Shown: positions 20,115 to 30,817 of the stretch, one piece after another | Numbering within the stretch: position 1 is the first letter of the stretch | Layout: each line of letters opens with the position of its first letter | NCBI GenBank assembly: GCA_963813715.1 | Contig: CAWFAK010000012.1 | Coordinates: 256,001-320,000 of the forward strand | Reading direction: 5' to 3' | Length of the DNA: 64,000 bases | Source: an uncultured Planctomycetaceae bacterium | Lineage (GTDB): Bacteria > Planctomycetota > Planctomycetia > Planctomycetales > Planctomycetaceae | Notes under the pieces: generated by a model | What the model saw: the letters and a program-made list of their open reading frames with translations, nothing else | Told to the model about the DNA's origin: nothing | Databases searched by the model: none | Made by a program: the position numbers and the translations under genes

Positions 20115-23100
20115 GGCGGCCGGGAGCGCGGCGTCGGCTCTGGGCCGTGCGAATTGCGGTCGCGGGACTTGCGGCTGTCTTATTCGCGGCCGCTGTCCTG
20201 ACGAGCGCGGCCCTCGCAGCTGAGACGCCGTCCCCCGCGAAAGACGCCCCTCCCAAATCGCTCGACCCGCGGCTCAAGATCGAGCTGTTCGCCGAGCAGC
20301 CGCAGATCGTCACGCCGACCGACCTGGCCGTCGACTATCAGGGCCGCGTCTGGGCGATCGAGTGCAACACGCACTTCCGGCCGGCCGGCTACAAAGGCCA
20401 TCCCACCGACCGCATTCTGGTCTTCACGCCAAAGCCCGAGGGCGGCCGGGCCGGCACACCGCAGGTCTTTGCCGACGGCTTCACGCACGCGATGAGCATC
20501 GCCGTGCCCTACAAGGACGGCGTGTACGTCGCCACGCGGCGTGAAGTTTTCCATCTCGTCGACAAGGACGGCGACGGCAAGCCCGACGAACGCCGCTCGA
20601 TTTTGAAGCTGGAAACGAAGGGCGACTACCCGCACAACGGCCTGGCCGGCTTCGCCTCCGACGGCCTGGGCTACATGTACATCGGCCTGGGCGAAAACCT
20701 CGGGGCCGACTATCGGCTGGTCGGCACCGACGGCCGCGCGATTTCCGGCGGCGGCGAAGGAGGCAGCCTGTTCCGCTTCAAGCCGGATGGCACCGACCTC
20801 ACGCTCTGGGCGACCGGATTCTGGAATCCGCACGCCTCGTGCGTCGACGCCTTCGGCAACATGTTCACCGTCGACAACGACCCGGACGATCGCCCGCCCT
20901 GCCGCTTGCTGCACATCATTCCCGGCGGCGACTACGGCTACCGCTTCCGCAACGGCCGCCGCGGCATTCACCCCTTCACGGCCTGGGACGGCGAGCTGCC
21001 CGGCACGCTGCCGATGGTGTGCGGCACGGGCGAGGCTCCGTCGGGAATCATCGCTTACGAGTCCGACGCCTTCCCCGAGGAATATCGGGGCAGCCTGCTT
21101 GGCCTCGTCGTGGGGCGATCATCGGATCGATCGCTTCCGTCCCAAGCGCCAAGGGAACGTCATTCACGGCGAAGCTGAAGCCGATCATCGTCGGCGGCGA
21201 AAACTTTCGGCCAGTGGGAGTGGCCTCGGCCCCGGACGGCACGCGTCTACATCACCGATTGGGTGCTCAAGGATTACAACGTCCACGGCAAGGGCCGGAT
21301 TTGGCGAATCGCTGCCGAAGGAGCCGCAACAATAGACCCGTCGAGGATCTGGCGGCGCTGGACAAGCTTGCCTCTCGAGTCAGCTGCGGAAGAAACTCGA
21401 ATCGCCCCGAATGGACGTGCGTCGGCGGGCTGCGACGCTGCTGCTCAACCGCGAGCGACCTCTAGCCTGATGAACGGTTCAATGCAAAGACGCGTCTGTC
21501 CGCCAGCCACGCTCACTTCGAGGCCGTTTGGGCTCTCGGTCGCGTAGCAATGGCGAGCCGGTATTGCCGCATCGTTCGAGCCTCGAAAATCCGGAACTGA
21601 GCGTCTCTGGCCGACGAGCCTGCCGTCTCTAGCCTGCAAGAACTCTCAAGCTGGGGGCTCTATGGCCCGATGTACGACGCTCTGCGAATGACCGCGCCTC
21701 CGACGAGGCACGAGCTGTTCCGCGGCTCAACAGCCATGGTGGGATCAATCCCGTCGCGTGTGCTCATCGAACCTCGCTCGCCGGCGCCCGCCGCTTGCTG
21801 CGGACCTCGATCCGGACGGGCTCCCGAAGGTAGTCGCAACGGGCGATCGCTTCGTGTTCGCTGCCGTCGTCCAAGGCCCTCACCGACACGCTGAGGCCGC
21901 AGCGATGCTGCGCCGGCAGACTTCGTCTCGACGAATCACCGTCCGCGCCTGGTGCGGCTCGCGCTGCTTTTGGCGGCGCGGCAAAGCAACGGGCAGGCAT
22001 TGGGCCGAAAGGGTGTTGCCCATCGCGTTCGAGATCCCGATCCGCGCGTCCGGTTCGCCGCCATTCAATGGGTGGGCGAGGGCAGGCTCGCACAGTTTCG
22101 CAGCGAGATCGAGCGGCAACTCTCCGACTCGAAGACCACGGCCGACCTCTTTGAGGCCTCGCTGGCCTCGCTCGAAATGCTCGACGGCGTGAAGCGGAAG
22201 CCGGGGAACGAATTCTCGGGGGCCGATTACGCACTTCGCCTGGCGTGCGATGCGAAAGTCGCCGACAACGTCCGGGCGATGGCGCTCAAGATCGTGCCGC
22301 TCGATCACAAGAAGCTTTCGTTCGAGCAGCTCACGAGCCTGATGAAAGACGGCGGGCCGCAGTTGCGGTTCGAGGCGCTGCGGACGTTCCGCAATCTGCC
22401 CTTCCCGCAAGGCCCCAAAATCGAACGGGAGCTGGCGCTCGACGAGCACGCGGACAAAGCTCTGCGGCTCGAGGCGATTGCTGGTCTCGCCATCGCGCTC
22501 GAGCGTGACGAGCACGATGCCGCCACCATCGCCGCGCTCCGCCGGCTGTTGACCGGAGCCGACCCTGATCTCGCGGGCGAAGCCTTGCGAGCGCTGCGCC
22601 GCTCGGCTCGCAACCCCGACGTGCGCGCCGACCTCAAGGGCTTGTCGTCCCGCCTCGAAGCGCATCCGGCGCAGGGTGCAACGCACACGGTGGCTGACCA
22701 GGTCGCGGTGGCGCTGCGGTCCTCCGATCTGCTCGTGCCGAAAGAGCTCGCGGCGCTGACGACGCCGCGGCCGAATTCGGTCGACGACTGGATTCAGGTC
22801 GCGGCGGACGGCGGCGATCCCGAGGCGGGGCGGCGGCTGTTCGATTTCCCCAATTCGGTCGCCTGCTACCGCTGTCACACGGTGCACGGTCGCGGCGGCA
22901 AGATCGGGCCCGATCTCTCGATCATCGCCCGCGCTTCGGATCGCAAAAAACTGGCGGAGTCGATTCTGCGGCCGGCCAAGGAGATCGCGCCGCAATATGC
23001 CACCTGGTCGTTCGTCATGCACGACGGAAAAACACTTTCCGGCGTCCTCGTCTCCGAAGATCGCGAGGGGCACGTCCGCATCGGCAGCGCCGACGGGCAC

Positions 23101-23235
23101 ATCACCGAAGTCCAGGCGTCCGACATCGAAGAGCGTGTGGGGCAGAAAACGTCGATCATGCCTGAGCGACTGACCGACCTGCTGACCGTCGGCGAGTTCC
23201 GCGATCTGATTGCCTTCCTCGCGACTCTGAAATAA
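20111..23235 (+). CDS. PVC-type membrane-bound dehydrogenase / heme-binding CxxCH protein, with several frameshifts between about 21100 and 21950
   Basis: N-terminal propeller (ELFAEQP, GFWNP, DND, GGDYG), HEAT-like middle, C-terminal CYRCH, GPDLS and SIMPE. Confidence 0.8.
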
Positions 23236-23532
23236 TCGTAAGCTCGCTGTCTTTTTGTGCCTTCGCGTCTTTGCGGCCGCCCGCGCCCACCGCCTGACAG
23301 AACGCGCGTTCAGACATTGGCCAGCGGCTCGGTGCGGGCGGAATTTCCCCCCCATTCGGAACCGCTTGCCTGAGATCTTGGGCGAAATCTCGCGTCCGAT
23401 TTCCAAACGAGCACTATCGTTGTAGCGATGTCGCGTCGCAACGCGATGGGGCAGCCGTGCGGGAGCGTCCCGACGGCCCGCACCGGAAGTCCGCCGACGG
23501 GCCTTCGGGTTCGATTGAGCGCAGAGTAGACG

Positions 23533-24006
23533 ATGTTTGGATTTCTGTTTCATAAACGGCGCGACGAGGTCATGCGGGTGCTGCATGGCCGCGTGAACCG
23601 TGCGCACGCACGGGCCATCGCGGTGCAGAATATCCGCGGCGCGACCCGGCAGATCTTCAACGAGGTCGTCTGGGCCCTGCCCTGCGAATCGCCCGATAAG
23701 GCCGATTTCTCGCAGCTGTTCCCCGCCATCTGCCGCGACTTGTGCACGCAGGGAATCGGCATCTTTGTCACCACGCCGGTGACCGAGCCGCACATGATCA
23801 TCGGCCTGCGGGACGAATCGGAGCCGCGCTTCCTGTCCTGCACGGTGAAGCACATTTCGTCGCTGGGGTACGGCTTTTATCACGTCGGCCTCTTTCCCGA
23901 CGAAGTGATGAGCCTCAGCCGCGAGCAGATCAAGGCGATGTGCCAGGCGCTGGAGCGTTACACGGACGAGGAAGCCTGCTGCCAGGTTCCCGCCGCCGCG
24001 ACGTAA
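23533..24006 (+). CDS. Hypothetical protein, PilZ-like
   Basis: RGATR (RxxxR) and DLCTQG (close to D/NxSxxG) motifs. Confidence 0.55.
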   Translation: MFGFLFHKRRDEVMRVLHGRVNRAHARAIAVQNIRGATRQIFNEVVWALPCESPDKADFSQLFPAICRDLCTQGIGIFVTTPVTEPHMIIGLRDESEPRFLSCTVKHISSLGYGFYHVGLFPDEVMSLSREQIKAMCQALERYTDEEACCQVPAAAT

Positions 24007-24256
24007 GCGGACGCGCTGAGTACACCGCTGACGCGCGAGCCACTCTCACAGTGCCTCGGGGCGATACTGTCCGGTAATCCAAAGTGTGTACTTCTCTTCG
24101 ATCGCTTCGAATTTCCGGGACGCTCACACCGCCCCGGCGCGAGCGGACCGCGCGATGACTGATCGCACAACGCAGCGCAAACGAGGCGCGGCGAGAGATG
24201 CGAAGTAGCAGACGCTCAGGAAGAGGCGAGAGAGAACTGGGGGCCGCTGGCCGGTC

Positions 24257-24607
24257 CTACTTCTTCTCGTTCTCGGCCTTCTTCAACCCGGGCACTTTGA
24301 TCGCCGTCACGATCACCGACGTGTAGTGCTGGCGGTGGCCGGTGTGGCGCCGCGAATTCTTGCGCTTGCGGAACTTGCCGATCTCAAGCTTGGGCCCGTT
24401 GACCTTCGGTCGCACGACGGTCGCTTCGACGAGCGCGCCCGAGATGGCCGGGGTGCCGATCGAGCTGGGGCCGCCGCCGTTGGCCAAAAGCACCTGCTCG
24501 AACTTGATCGCGGCGCCGGCTTCGACCCCTTCGCGATAGTCGATCAGGAAAGTTTCCCCTTCCTGGATACGGAACTGACGGCCGCTTTCGGCAATGACTG
24601 CAAACAT
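24257..24607 (-). CDS. rplU: 50S ribosomal protein L21
   Basis: MFAVIAESGRQF...KFRKRKNSRRHTGHRQ. Confidence 0.96.
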   Translation of the reverse strand: MFAVIAESGRQFRIQEGETFLIDYREGVEAGAAIKFEQVLLANGGGPSSIGTPAISGALVEATVVRPKVNGPKLEIGKFRKRKNSRRHTGHRQHYTSVIVTAIKVPGLKKAENEKK

Positions 24608-24863
24608 GGCTTTTCGATCGTTTCTGGTCGTCCGGAGAAAGTCGTCCGGCAGGGTCGTCCAGGAGGGAGAGATCCGGCAACGCTGGGCCGGCTCAACCGT
24701 CCTTACAGGGAGTCCCACATTGTAGCGGCTTCCCCGCGAGCTTCAATGCGACCCGACGGGGGGCGACGGGGCGCCGCCGGAGGTTCGGAGAGCCGACCGT
24801 CACAGCCTTATTATCACAGTTTCCCAGGGAGGCGGCGACGGAGCCGGGGCTCCGCAATCCGAC

Positions 24864-24909
24864 AAAAAAGAACGGGTTCGCTCGCCAGAAGTCTGCGAGC
24901 GAACCCGTT
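24864..24909 (-). terminator. Rho-independent terminator after the Cys-rich gene
   Basis: 15-bp stem AACGGGTTCGCTCGC / GCGAGCGAACCCGTT with a T-run on the minus strand. Confidence 0.8.
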
Positions 24910-24962
24910 ATCGTTCCAGAACCAAGCGTCTGCACGGGGGCAGACACCGGGTCGCGACGGCA

Positions 24963-25427
24963 TTAGGCCTTCGGCTTCGGAGCCGGCTCTTCCGGGGGAG
25001 GAGCAGGAGCAGCCTGGACCGGGGCGTGTGACGGAGCCATGACGCCAGGAGCACCGCAAGACGGCGCGGCCGGAACCGCACAGCTCGGAGCATAGGAGGC
25101 ACCACAGCAGGTCGCAGCCGGAGCCGCACAGGTCGGCGCACAGCTGCTGCAGGCCATCGGGGCCGGAGCACCGCAGCTCGCCATCACCGGCGCACCGCAA
25201 CCGCCGCAGCCACCGCTGTAGCCGCAACCGCAGCCGTGGTGGTGCACGTGGCAGTGGTGGGCGTGGTGGTGGCAGCCACAGCCGCCGCCGCAACCGCCGT
25301 AGCTGGCGCCGCAGCCGCCGCCGCAGCCACCGTCGAACGAGAACAGGCTAGCAGACGCCGGGCTTGGTCCAGCGACCAAGAGCGCCGCTCCGGCCACGAT
25401 GGCCAGAAGCAAAGTCTTGCGAAGCAT
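24963..25427 (-). CDS. Secreted Cys/Gly/His/Pro-rich small protein
   Basis: ATG at 25427 after GAGGAG; signal peptide, GGCGGGCG repeats, CHHHAHHCHVHHH, Pro/Ala tail; own terminator. Confidence 0.8.
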   Translation of the reverse strand: MLRKTLLLAIVAGAALLVAGPSPASASLFSFDGGCGGGCGASYGGCGGGCGCHHHAHHCHVHHHGCGCGYSGGCGGCGAPVMASCGAPAPMACSSCAPTCAAPAATCCGASYAPSCAVPAAPSCGAPGVMAPSHAPVQAAPAPPPEEPAPKPKA

Positions 25428-25912
25428 CAGCGATCTCCTCATCTTTTGAAGTTTTGAGACGCGTAAACTCGGTGGAACATCTTCTGCCCCAGGAAGCCCG
25501 ACGACTTGTGCCGCCGTGTTCCGGGCGTCTATCAAAAAGTCCGGCTCGGAACCGCAAATCGCGCGCCCGGCAATCGGCGTAATCTGCGATATCTATGCCG
25601 ATGGAGCGCTGTGAAAATGCGGAGTCTGTAAAAGCTTTGCCGACGACCGCATTCAAAATAACAATGCCCATCCGCTTGTCAAACCATAAAGACCCAAAAA
25701 TCCGAGGGTTTTCGCGCCTCGGTCAACTGCCAGCCAGATTGCCTATTTTAAACCCAGGCGACTTGTTTTGAGACCAAGCGGGCCCTCTCTTGCCCAGTTT
25801 GCAGGACTACGACTAAATGGAGAAACGATCGTCGCTCGCCGCGAGTGACCATGCGCCGCTCCCCGCGGCGATCATTCACTAACCAAGTTGGTCTTTCGAC
25901 AGCGACTTTCTG

Positions 25913-26838
25913 ATGCCCCTTGAGCCTGCTCTCCCTTCCTTCGCTCCGCTGGCATGGAGGTTCCGCGAGCAGACTTGGCAACTTGGGGGGTTTCCCAAGT
26001 TAATGGGCATTGTGAACGTCACGCCCGACAGCTTTTCGGACGGCGGCCAATTTCTCGACCCGGCCCGGGCCGTTTTCCAGTCATTGCAGCTCGTCGCCGA
26101 CGGCGCCGACCTATTGGACATCGGCGGCGAGTCGACCCGCCCCGGCGCGACGCCCGTGTCGGCCGACGAAGAAATCCGCCGCGTCGTCCCCGTCATTGCG
26201 GAGGTCGCACGGCGCAGCGCCGGTCCCTATTTCGATCGACACCACCAAGGCGGACGTCGCCCGGCGGGCGCTCGACGCCGGGGCCGCGATCGTCAACGAC
26301 ATCTCCGGGACTACGATTCGACCCGGAAATGGCACCGGTCTGCGCCGCCGCGCGGGCGGGCGTCGTCTGCATGCACATGCAGGGGACGCCGCAAACCATG
26401 CAGGACGACCCGCGCTACGCGGACGTCGTGGGCGAGATTTCCGATTATTTGGCCCAGCGTCTGGCCGCCTTGGCGGAGCGCGGAATCGAGCGGGAGCGAG
26501 TGGTGCTCGATCCGGGCATCGGCTTCGGCAAGACCCCCGCGCACAACTTGGCGATCCTCGAGCAGATCAGCCGTTTTCGCGCGCTGGGTCGCCCGATCTT
26601 AATCGGCCATTCGCGGAAGCGGTTTCTCTCGAAGATCGTCGGCCGCAAGCTCGACGAAGTCTCCGCCGCGACGATTGGCGTGGCCGTGGCGTCGGCCCTG
26701 AACGGCGCCGACTTGCTCCGCGTTCACGATGTGCGGGCCACGCGCGACGCGCTGACCGCCTGCTGGACGGTGCTCGGCCGCCCGCTCCCGGCAAGTGCGA
26801 CCGCCGTCCCGGAAGCTCCGTCGGCGCCGTCGCCCTAA
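25913..26838 (+). CDS. folP: Dihydropteroate synthase, two frameshifts near 26220 and 26310
   Basis: MGIVNVTPDSFSDGG, DIGGESTRPG, ISIDT, MHMQG.P, DPGIGFGK, SRKRF and RVHDV across three frames. Confidence 0.92.
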
Positions 26839-26899
26839 CAACCGCCGACACCCGCGCCGACGCGAACGACCTGAGATCGCGTCAGGAGCGTCCGGAACT

Positions 26900-28564
26900 T
26901 CAATTGGCGACGCAGGCCGCCGTGCCGTGCCGCGGCAGGACGGTGATCGGCCGCCGCATGATTTCTTCGTCGGCGATCTTGAGCACGAGCGAGTACTTGC
27001 CCGGCGCGATGCAGTCGCCCAGGCTGTAATAGAAGAGAGCCCGCAGCATTTCGCAGGAGAGGAACAGGCCGTTGGTCTCGACCACGCGGTTCTCCGAGTC
27101 GTGCAGGTTGCACTGAATCCACATGTTTTCGTGCGGCGGAATCAGTCCGCACTGCGCCCGTACGGTTTCTCCCTGGCGGAACGTGGTGCGGCGATCGAGC
27201 AGGCAGCCGCCGACGAAGACCGAGCCGATGTCGAAGTTCAGCACCTTGTCCTCATTCGCGATGCGGCGATCGGGCGCCAGGAGCTGGGCGGCCTCCTCCA
27301 TCGGGAGTTCTGGGAGCTGGTAGGGACCTTCGGGGCGATGCAGGCCGAAGCGATCGAGCTTGTACTCCAGCGCCACGCCGCTCACGCCCGTGGTGACCAG
27401 CGCAGCGGCGAAAATGCCTCGGCTCCAAGCCGGGTTCACTGTCGGCAGGGCTTCGCCGAAAGAGGCGGCCAGACCGCGCAGCGATGGCCCCAATCGGTTG
27501 GCAATCCAGTCCCGCAAGTCGGTCGCCTTACGGCCGAACCACTCGATCTGCCCGTCGGTGGCAAAGGCCGGGTAAGCCGACACGCAGATCATCGGGAAGA
27601 TGAACAGGCCGAGAGTCAGACAGGTCATCAGGTGGAAGAACGCCCCCAGCGCCAGCACGAAGCTGCGGAGCATCGGCTTCCAGACGATAAACAGGAACAG
27701 CAGCTCCCAGATCACCGTGAAGTAAGCGCCCACGACCAGCATCGCCGGGTGCAGCGCCAGCGAACCGCCAAGAAAATTCGGCGTGTGGATCGTGGAGAGC
27801 ATCCAGGTTTGCAGGTGCTCGCCAGTAAAGTAGCCGCGGACCTGAAGCTTGGTGACCGCCGCGCTAAAGTAGACCGTCGCCAGCACGAGCTGGATCAGCC
27901 GGCGGGGCCAGCGGGCGCCCAGGGGCGGAGCGGGCAGCTGATCGGGCGACACTCCCTGGCGGAGCAGCCGTCGCCGCGCGAGCCAGCTATCGATCGACCA
28001 GACCGACCCGCACTGCGTGAAGCAAAGCAAGATCAGAAAGTGGGAGGCAATGGCCGACGACTTGTTCAACGTCGAGAGGATGTCGAGCATGTTCAGGTAC
28101 GTGTAACCTGTCGCGGCCAGCACCAGCGACAGCCGCGTGCACCAGCCCAAGCACGTCGTGACGAGGGCCAGAATGACCACGCTGTGAATGGCGACGGCGG
28201 CCGTCCCGTTGGGCTCGAGCCACGGGCACGGATAGCCGTAGATGCTCCAGAGCGAGATGCCCGAGCCGTCGGTCGAAAAAATCTCGCGCGAATAGTACCA
28301 GCGGTAGGCGGTGGGAAAGAGGATTGCGAACGCCAGGCAGATGCGGACGAGCGCCAGGCGATAAGGCGTCTCGGTGCCGTGAAAGAAATCGCGAACCGCG
28401 GCGACAAACCCGGAACTGCTCGCGGTCGCGCCGTCCGCGACCGAGCGGTCAACAGTCGCATTGCGCATTGTCGAGCAGTCGACCGCGCTCGCGTCAGTCG
28501 GCTCGGCGAATTCTGCGACGGATGCCAGGGGAGCGGTTGGGATGGCGGTCATCGGTGGCTCCAC
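26900..28564 (-). CDS. HTTM-domain membrane protein (SdpB / vitamin K-dependent carboxylase-like) with a soluble C-terminal domain
   Basis: LALVRI, WSIDSW, WPRRLIQ, YFSAAVTK, WELLF and FFHL motifs. Confidence 0.8.
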   Translation of the reverse strand: MEPPMTAIPTAPLASVAEFAEPTDASAVDCSTMRNATVDRSVADGATASSSGFVAAVRDFFHGTETPYRLALVRICLAFAILFPTAYRWYYSREIFSTDGSGISLWSIYGYPCPWLEPNGTAAVAIHSVVILALVTTCLGWCTRLSLVLAATGYTYLNMLDILSTLNKSSAIASHFLILLCFTQCGSVWSIDSWLARRRLLRQGVSPDQLPAPPLGARWPRRLIQLVLATVYFSAAVTKLQVRGYFTGEHLQTWMLSTIHTPNFLGGSLALHPAMLVVGAYFTVIWELLFLFIVWKPMLRSFVLALGAFFHLMTCLTLGLFIFPMICVSAYPAFATDGQIEWFGRKATDLRDWIANRLGPSLRGLAASFGEALPTVNPAWSRGIFAAALVTTGVSGVALEYKLDRFGLHRPEGPYQLPELPMEEAAQLLAPDRRIANEDKVLNFDIGSVFVGGCLLDRRTTFRQGETVRAQCGLIPPHENMWIQCNLHDSENRVVETNGLFLSCEMLRALFYYSLGDCIAPGKYSLVLKIADEEIMRRPITVLPRHGTAACVAN

Positions 28565-28656
28565 AGTCCAAAAACGTCAAAGGCTTGAGTGTCGAGCGAT
28601 AGAGCGCGGTGCTTGGGGCGATCGAACGAATGCGAGAACACTGTTCTGAACTGCTG

Positions 28657-29346
28657 TTATTCGGCGACGGGCGTGCCGACGCGTTGGAAGCTTGCCGCTG
28701 AGTAACCGTCGCCGCCATAGCCGCCCGCTCCGGGCCGTTGCACGGCCGACCAGACGAAGGGCCGGTTTTGAGTGGCGTCCTGGACCAATCGCGGGTTGTC
28801 GATGATCGACAAGTTTGCCTGGTACTGCAGCCAGGTCGGCGCCGCGGTGAGGATTTGCCCCCCGTCGGCGCTGAGGATCATGCGAGTGTGGGAGTAGATG
28901 CGGTCCGGCTTCGGTTTCAGGTAATAGGCCTCGTACTGGGCGTCGGGCAGGTTGAATTTCTTCGGGTACTCCTGCTCGATGGCGAAGATCCGCAGGATCG
29001 GCTCGTGCTGCGTGTGAATCAGGCCGGGCCGCGCCAGGAGGCGGCCGTACTCGAACATCTGGTCGTAGCATTGCCGTGAGAGGCGATCGCTATACGGATG
29101 AAATTCGCCCCACGGTCCGGGCGAAAGCTTGTAGTACCGGCCGCTCTCCCCTTCGCCGATCACCTGCATCTTGCAGTCGTAGCCCGACCAGCCGCCGTAC
29201 ATGTCGAACGTCAAGAAGTAGAGCGGCGGAAAGAAGAAGCGGACCTGCGTGGCGACGCACAAAAAGCCGACCGCCAGGGCGGCCAGATAGCCGCCGATGC
29301 CCGCATTGACGATCCATCGCTTCATGGGACGATCCTCCCTCGGCAT
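28657..29346 (-). CDS. Hypothetical membrane-anchored protein, probable partner of the HTTM protein
   Basis: N-terminal TM segment, YFLTFDMYGGW; co-oriented and directly upstream of the HTTM gene. Confidence 0.65.
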   Translation of the reverse strand: MPREDRPMKRWIVNAGIGGYLAALAVGFLCVATQVRFFFPPLYFLTFDMYGGWSGYDCKMQVIGEGESGRYYKLSPGPWGEFHPYSDRLSRQCYDQMFEYGRLLARPGLIHTQHEPILRIFAIEQEYPKKFNLPDAQYEAYYLKPKPDRIYSHTRMILSADGGQILTAAPTWLQYQANLSIIDNPRLVQDATQNRPFVWSAVQRPGAGGYGGDGYSAASFQRVGTPVAE

Positions 29347-29576
29347 GCACGAGGGCCCGAGTTGCGGCCGTAGAAGATGATCTGGAGCGCGTTTTAAACC
29401 GAGCCTGTGCTCGGCGATTGGGACGTGAGGAGCCGCATTTTGTCTTTGCGGCGGATCTGGTCAAGATCAATCGCGCGCGAAGCGTGCCGGGCCGTGCGCA
29501 CAGGGCGAGACGTCGGGAAAGTCGCTGCGATCGAGGACCGCTCGCTCCAGAATTCCCGCTCGGATCCCTCGCTCAC

Positions 29577-30559
29577 CAACTTTTTTCATCTCGTGACGTA
29601 AGTCGTTTTTTGGCATCGCCGTCGCAAGGCGGTAAAGATGAGCTTGCCTTGCACCCAGCGGTGGACGCGTCGGTGGCCGCGAACCCAAGCGGGCAGTGCC
29701 TGCAATCCGGCACTCCAAGTGCTCAAGTATCCGAAGTAGCGTTCGATCGCGTTACGTTCTTGATGGAGGGCACGGCCGAACGAGCTTTGCGGATTCGAGA
29801 GCAGTTCAAGAGATCGCAGCCGAGCGGGACTCTGACGCCGATGGCCACGGCGACGGCCAAATCCGTAACGCGGAGGTGCCACCAGTTGCACGCCGCGTTC
29901 GAGGCAGACGTCGTGTAACTGGTTCGAGTCGAAATTTGCATCGGCGAGCAAGTACCCTTGCACAGCCGCTTACTTCAACATCCGCCGCCCCATCGCCCGC
30001 TCATCCTTTTGCATGGGAGCCACGCGCCAGGCAGCGATCGAGCCATCGCTGCCGACCACCGCGTGTAGCTTGTACCCTTTGGCTTTGCAGCCCGCGGCGC
30101 GGCCGTACCCAGCTTGCCGGTCTTTCGAGCAACCGCCGATCGGCAGAGGCTTGCCATCGATCATCCAATACAGGGGCTTGTTCCCACGAGGAGCCAGTTC
30201 AGAACGTTCGATCTCTTGCAGCATTTGCTGGACCTCGGCACTCCGCAGTCGTCTCGACATGGTGCTCGACGATGGCAATTTGCGGCGACGCTCATGCAGC
30301 GGCCAGTTCCGAAGATCGCACGCCCAGGACACAGGCCGACCGTGCAGAACGGCCCACAGCCAAACCTGCACAATGTCGTCTGCCCCGTATCGTTCCCGCG
30401 TGCACCGACGAAGCTTGCTCGCCTGTTTGAGAAGGATCAAAATCGCCTTCCAGAGTTGGTGTTCCACATCCGTCTCCTTTCGTGTGGTTACGATTGAGAC
30501 TATGTGTAGCACCAACTTTTTATTGCGCAAGTCTTTATGACTCCTCGCGCAAAAAGCTG
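29577..30559 (-). mobile_element. Insertion sequence (983 bp, DDE transposase) with a 4-bp target duplication TCAC
   Basis: Inverted ends CAACTTTTT (29577) and AAAAAGCTG (30551-30559); TCAC at 29573-29576 and 30560-30563; removing it restores a REP-like arm. Confidence 0.8.
29586..30467 (-). pseudogene. DDE_Tnp_1-type transposase with an in-frame TAA at 29970-29972
   Basis: MIDGKPL, GYKLHAV, LLADANFD and RNAIERYF motifs; both ORF halves are in the same frame; GTG start at 30467 after AAGGAG. Confidence 0.8.
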
Positions 30560-30612
30560 TCACGCTTCGGGTTGGTAAATGCGACGGACGAACCCGAAGC
30601 GGTCAGCAAGGG
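30560..30612. repeat. REP-like palindrome (family B), left arm split by the IS
   Basis: CGCTTCGGGTT...AACCCGAAGCG inverted repeat; the rest of the left arm (CCCTCGCTCAC) lies at 29566-29576. Confidence 0.7.
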
Positions 30613-30679
30613 CTCTTAGTCCGCAGCGAATTCGGTCGCAGGCGCAACGCGTGGCCGAGCCGAGCCGTCCTCAGCGCGC

Positions 30680-30717
30680 AAAAAAGCCGCCGTGGTACCC
30701 GCAATACCACGGCGGCT
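30680..30717 (-). terminator. Rho-independent terminator downstream of the secretin gene
   Basis: 13-bp stem AGCCGCCGTGGTA / TACCACGGCGGCT with a T-run on the minus strand. Confidence 0.8.
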
Positions 30718-30817
30718 CAGGACCGAGAAACTGACCCGCACTCTGTAACGATCGACGAACCGATTGGCCGGCCAGCCGAGTCACCGGTCGCCCCGGAGAC
30801 TCGGCGGCCGTCCCGCA

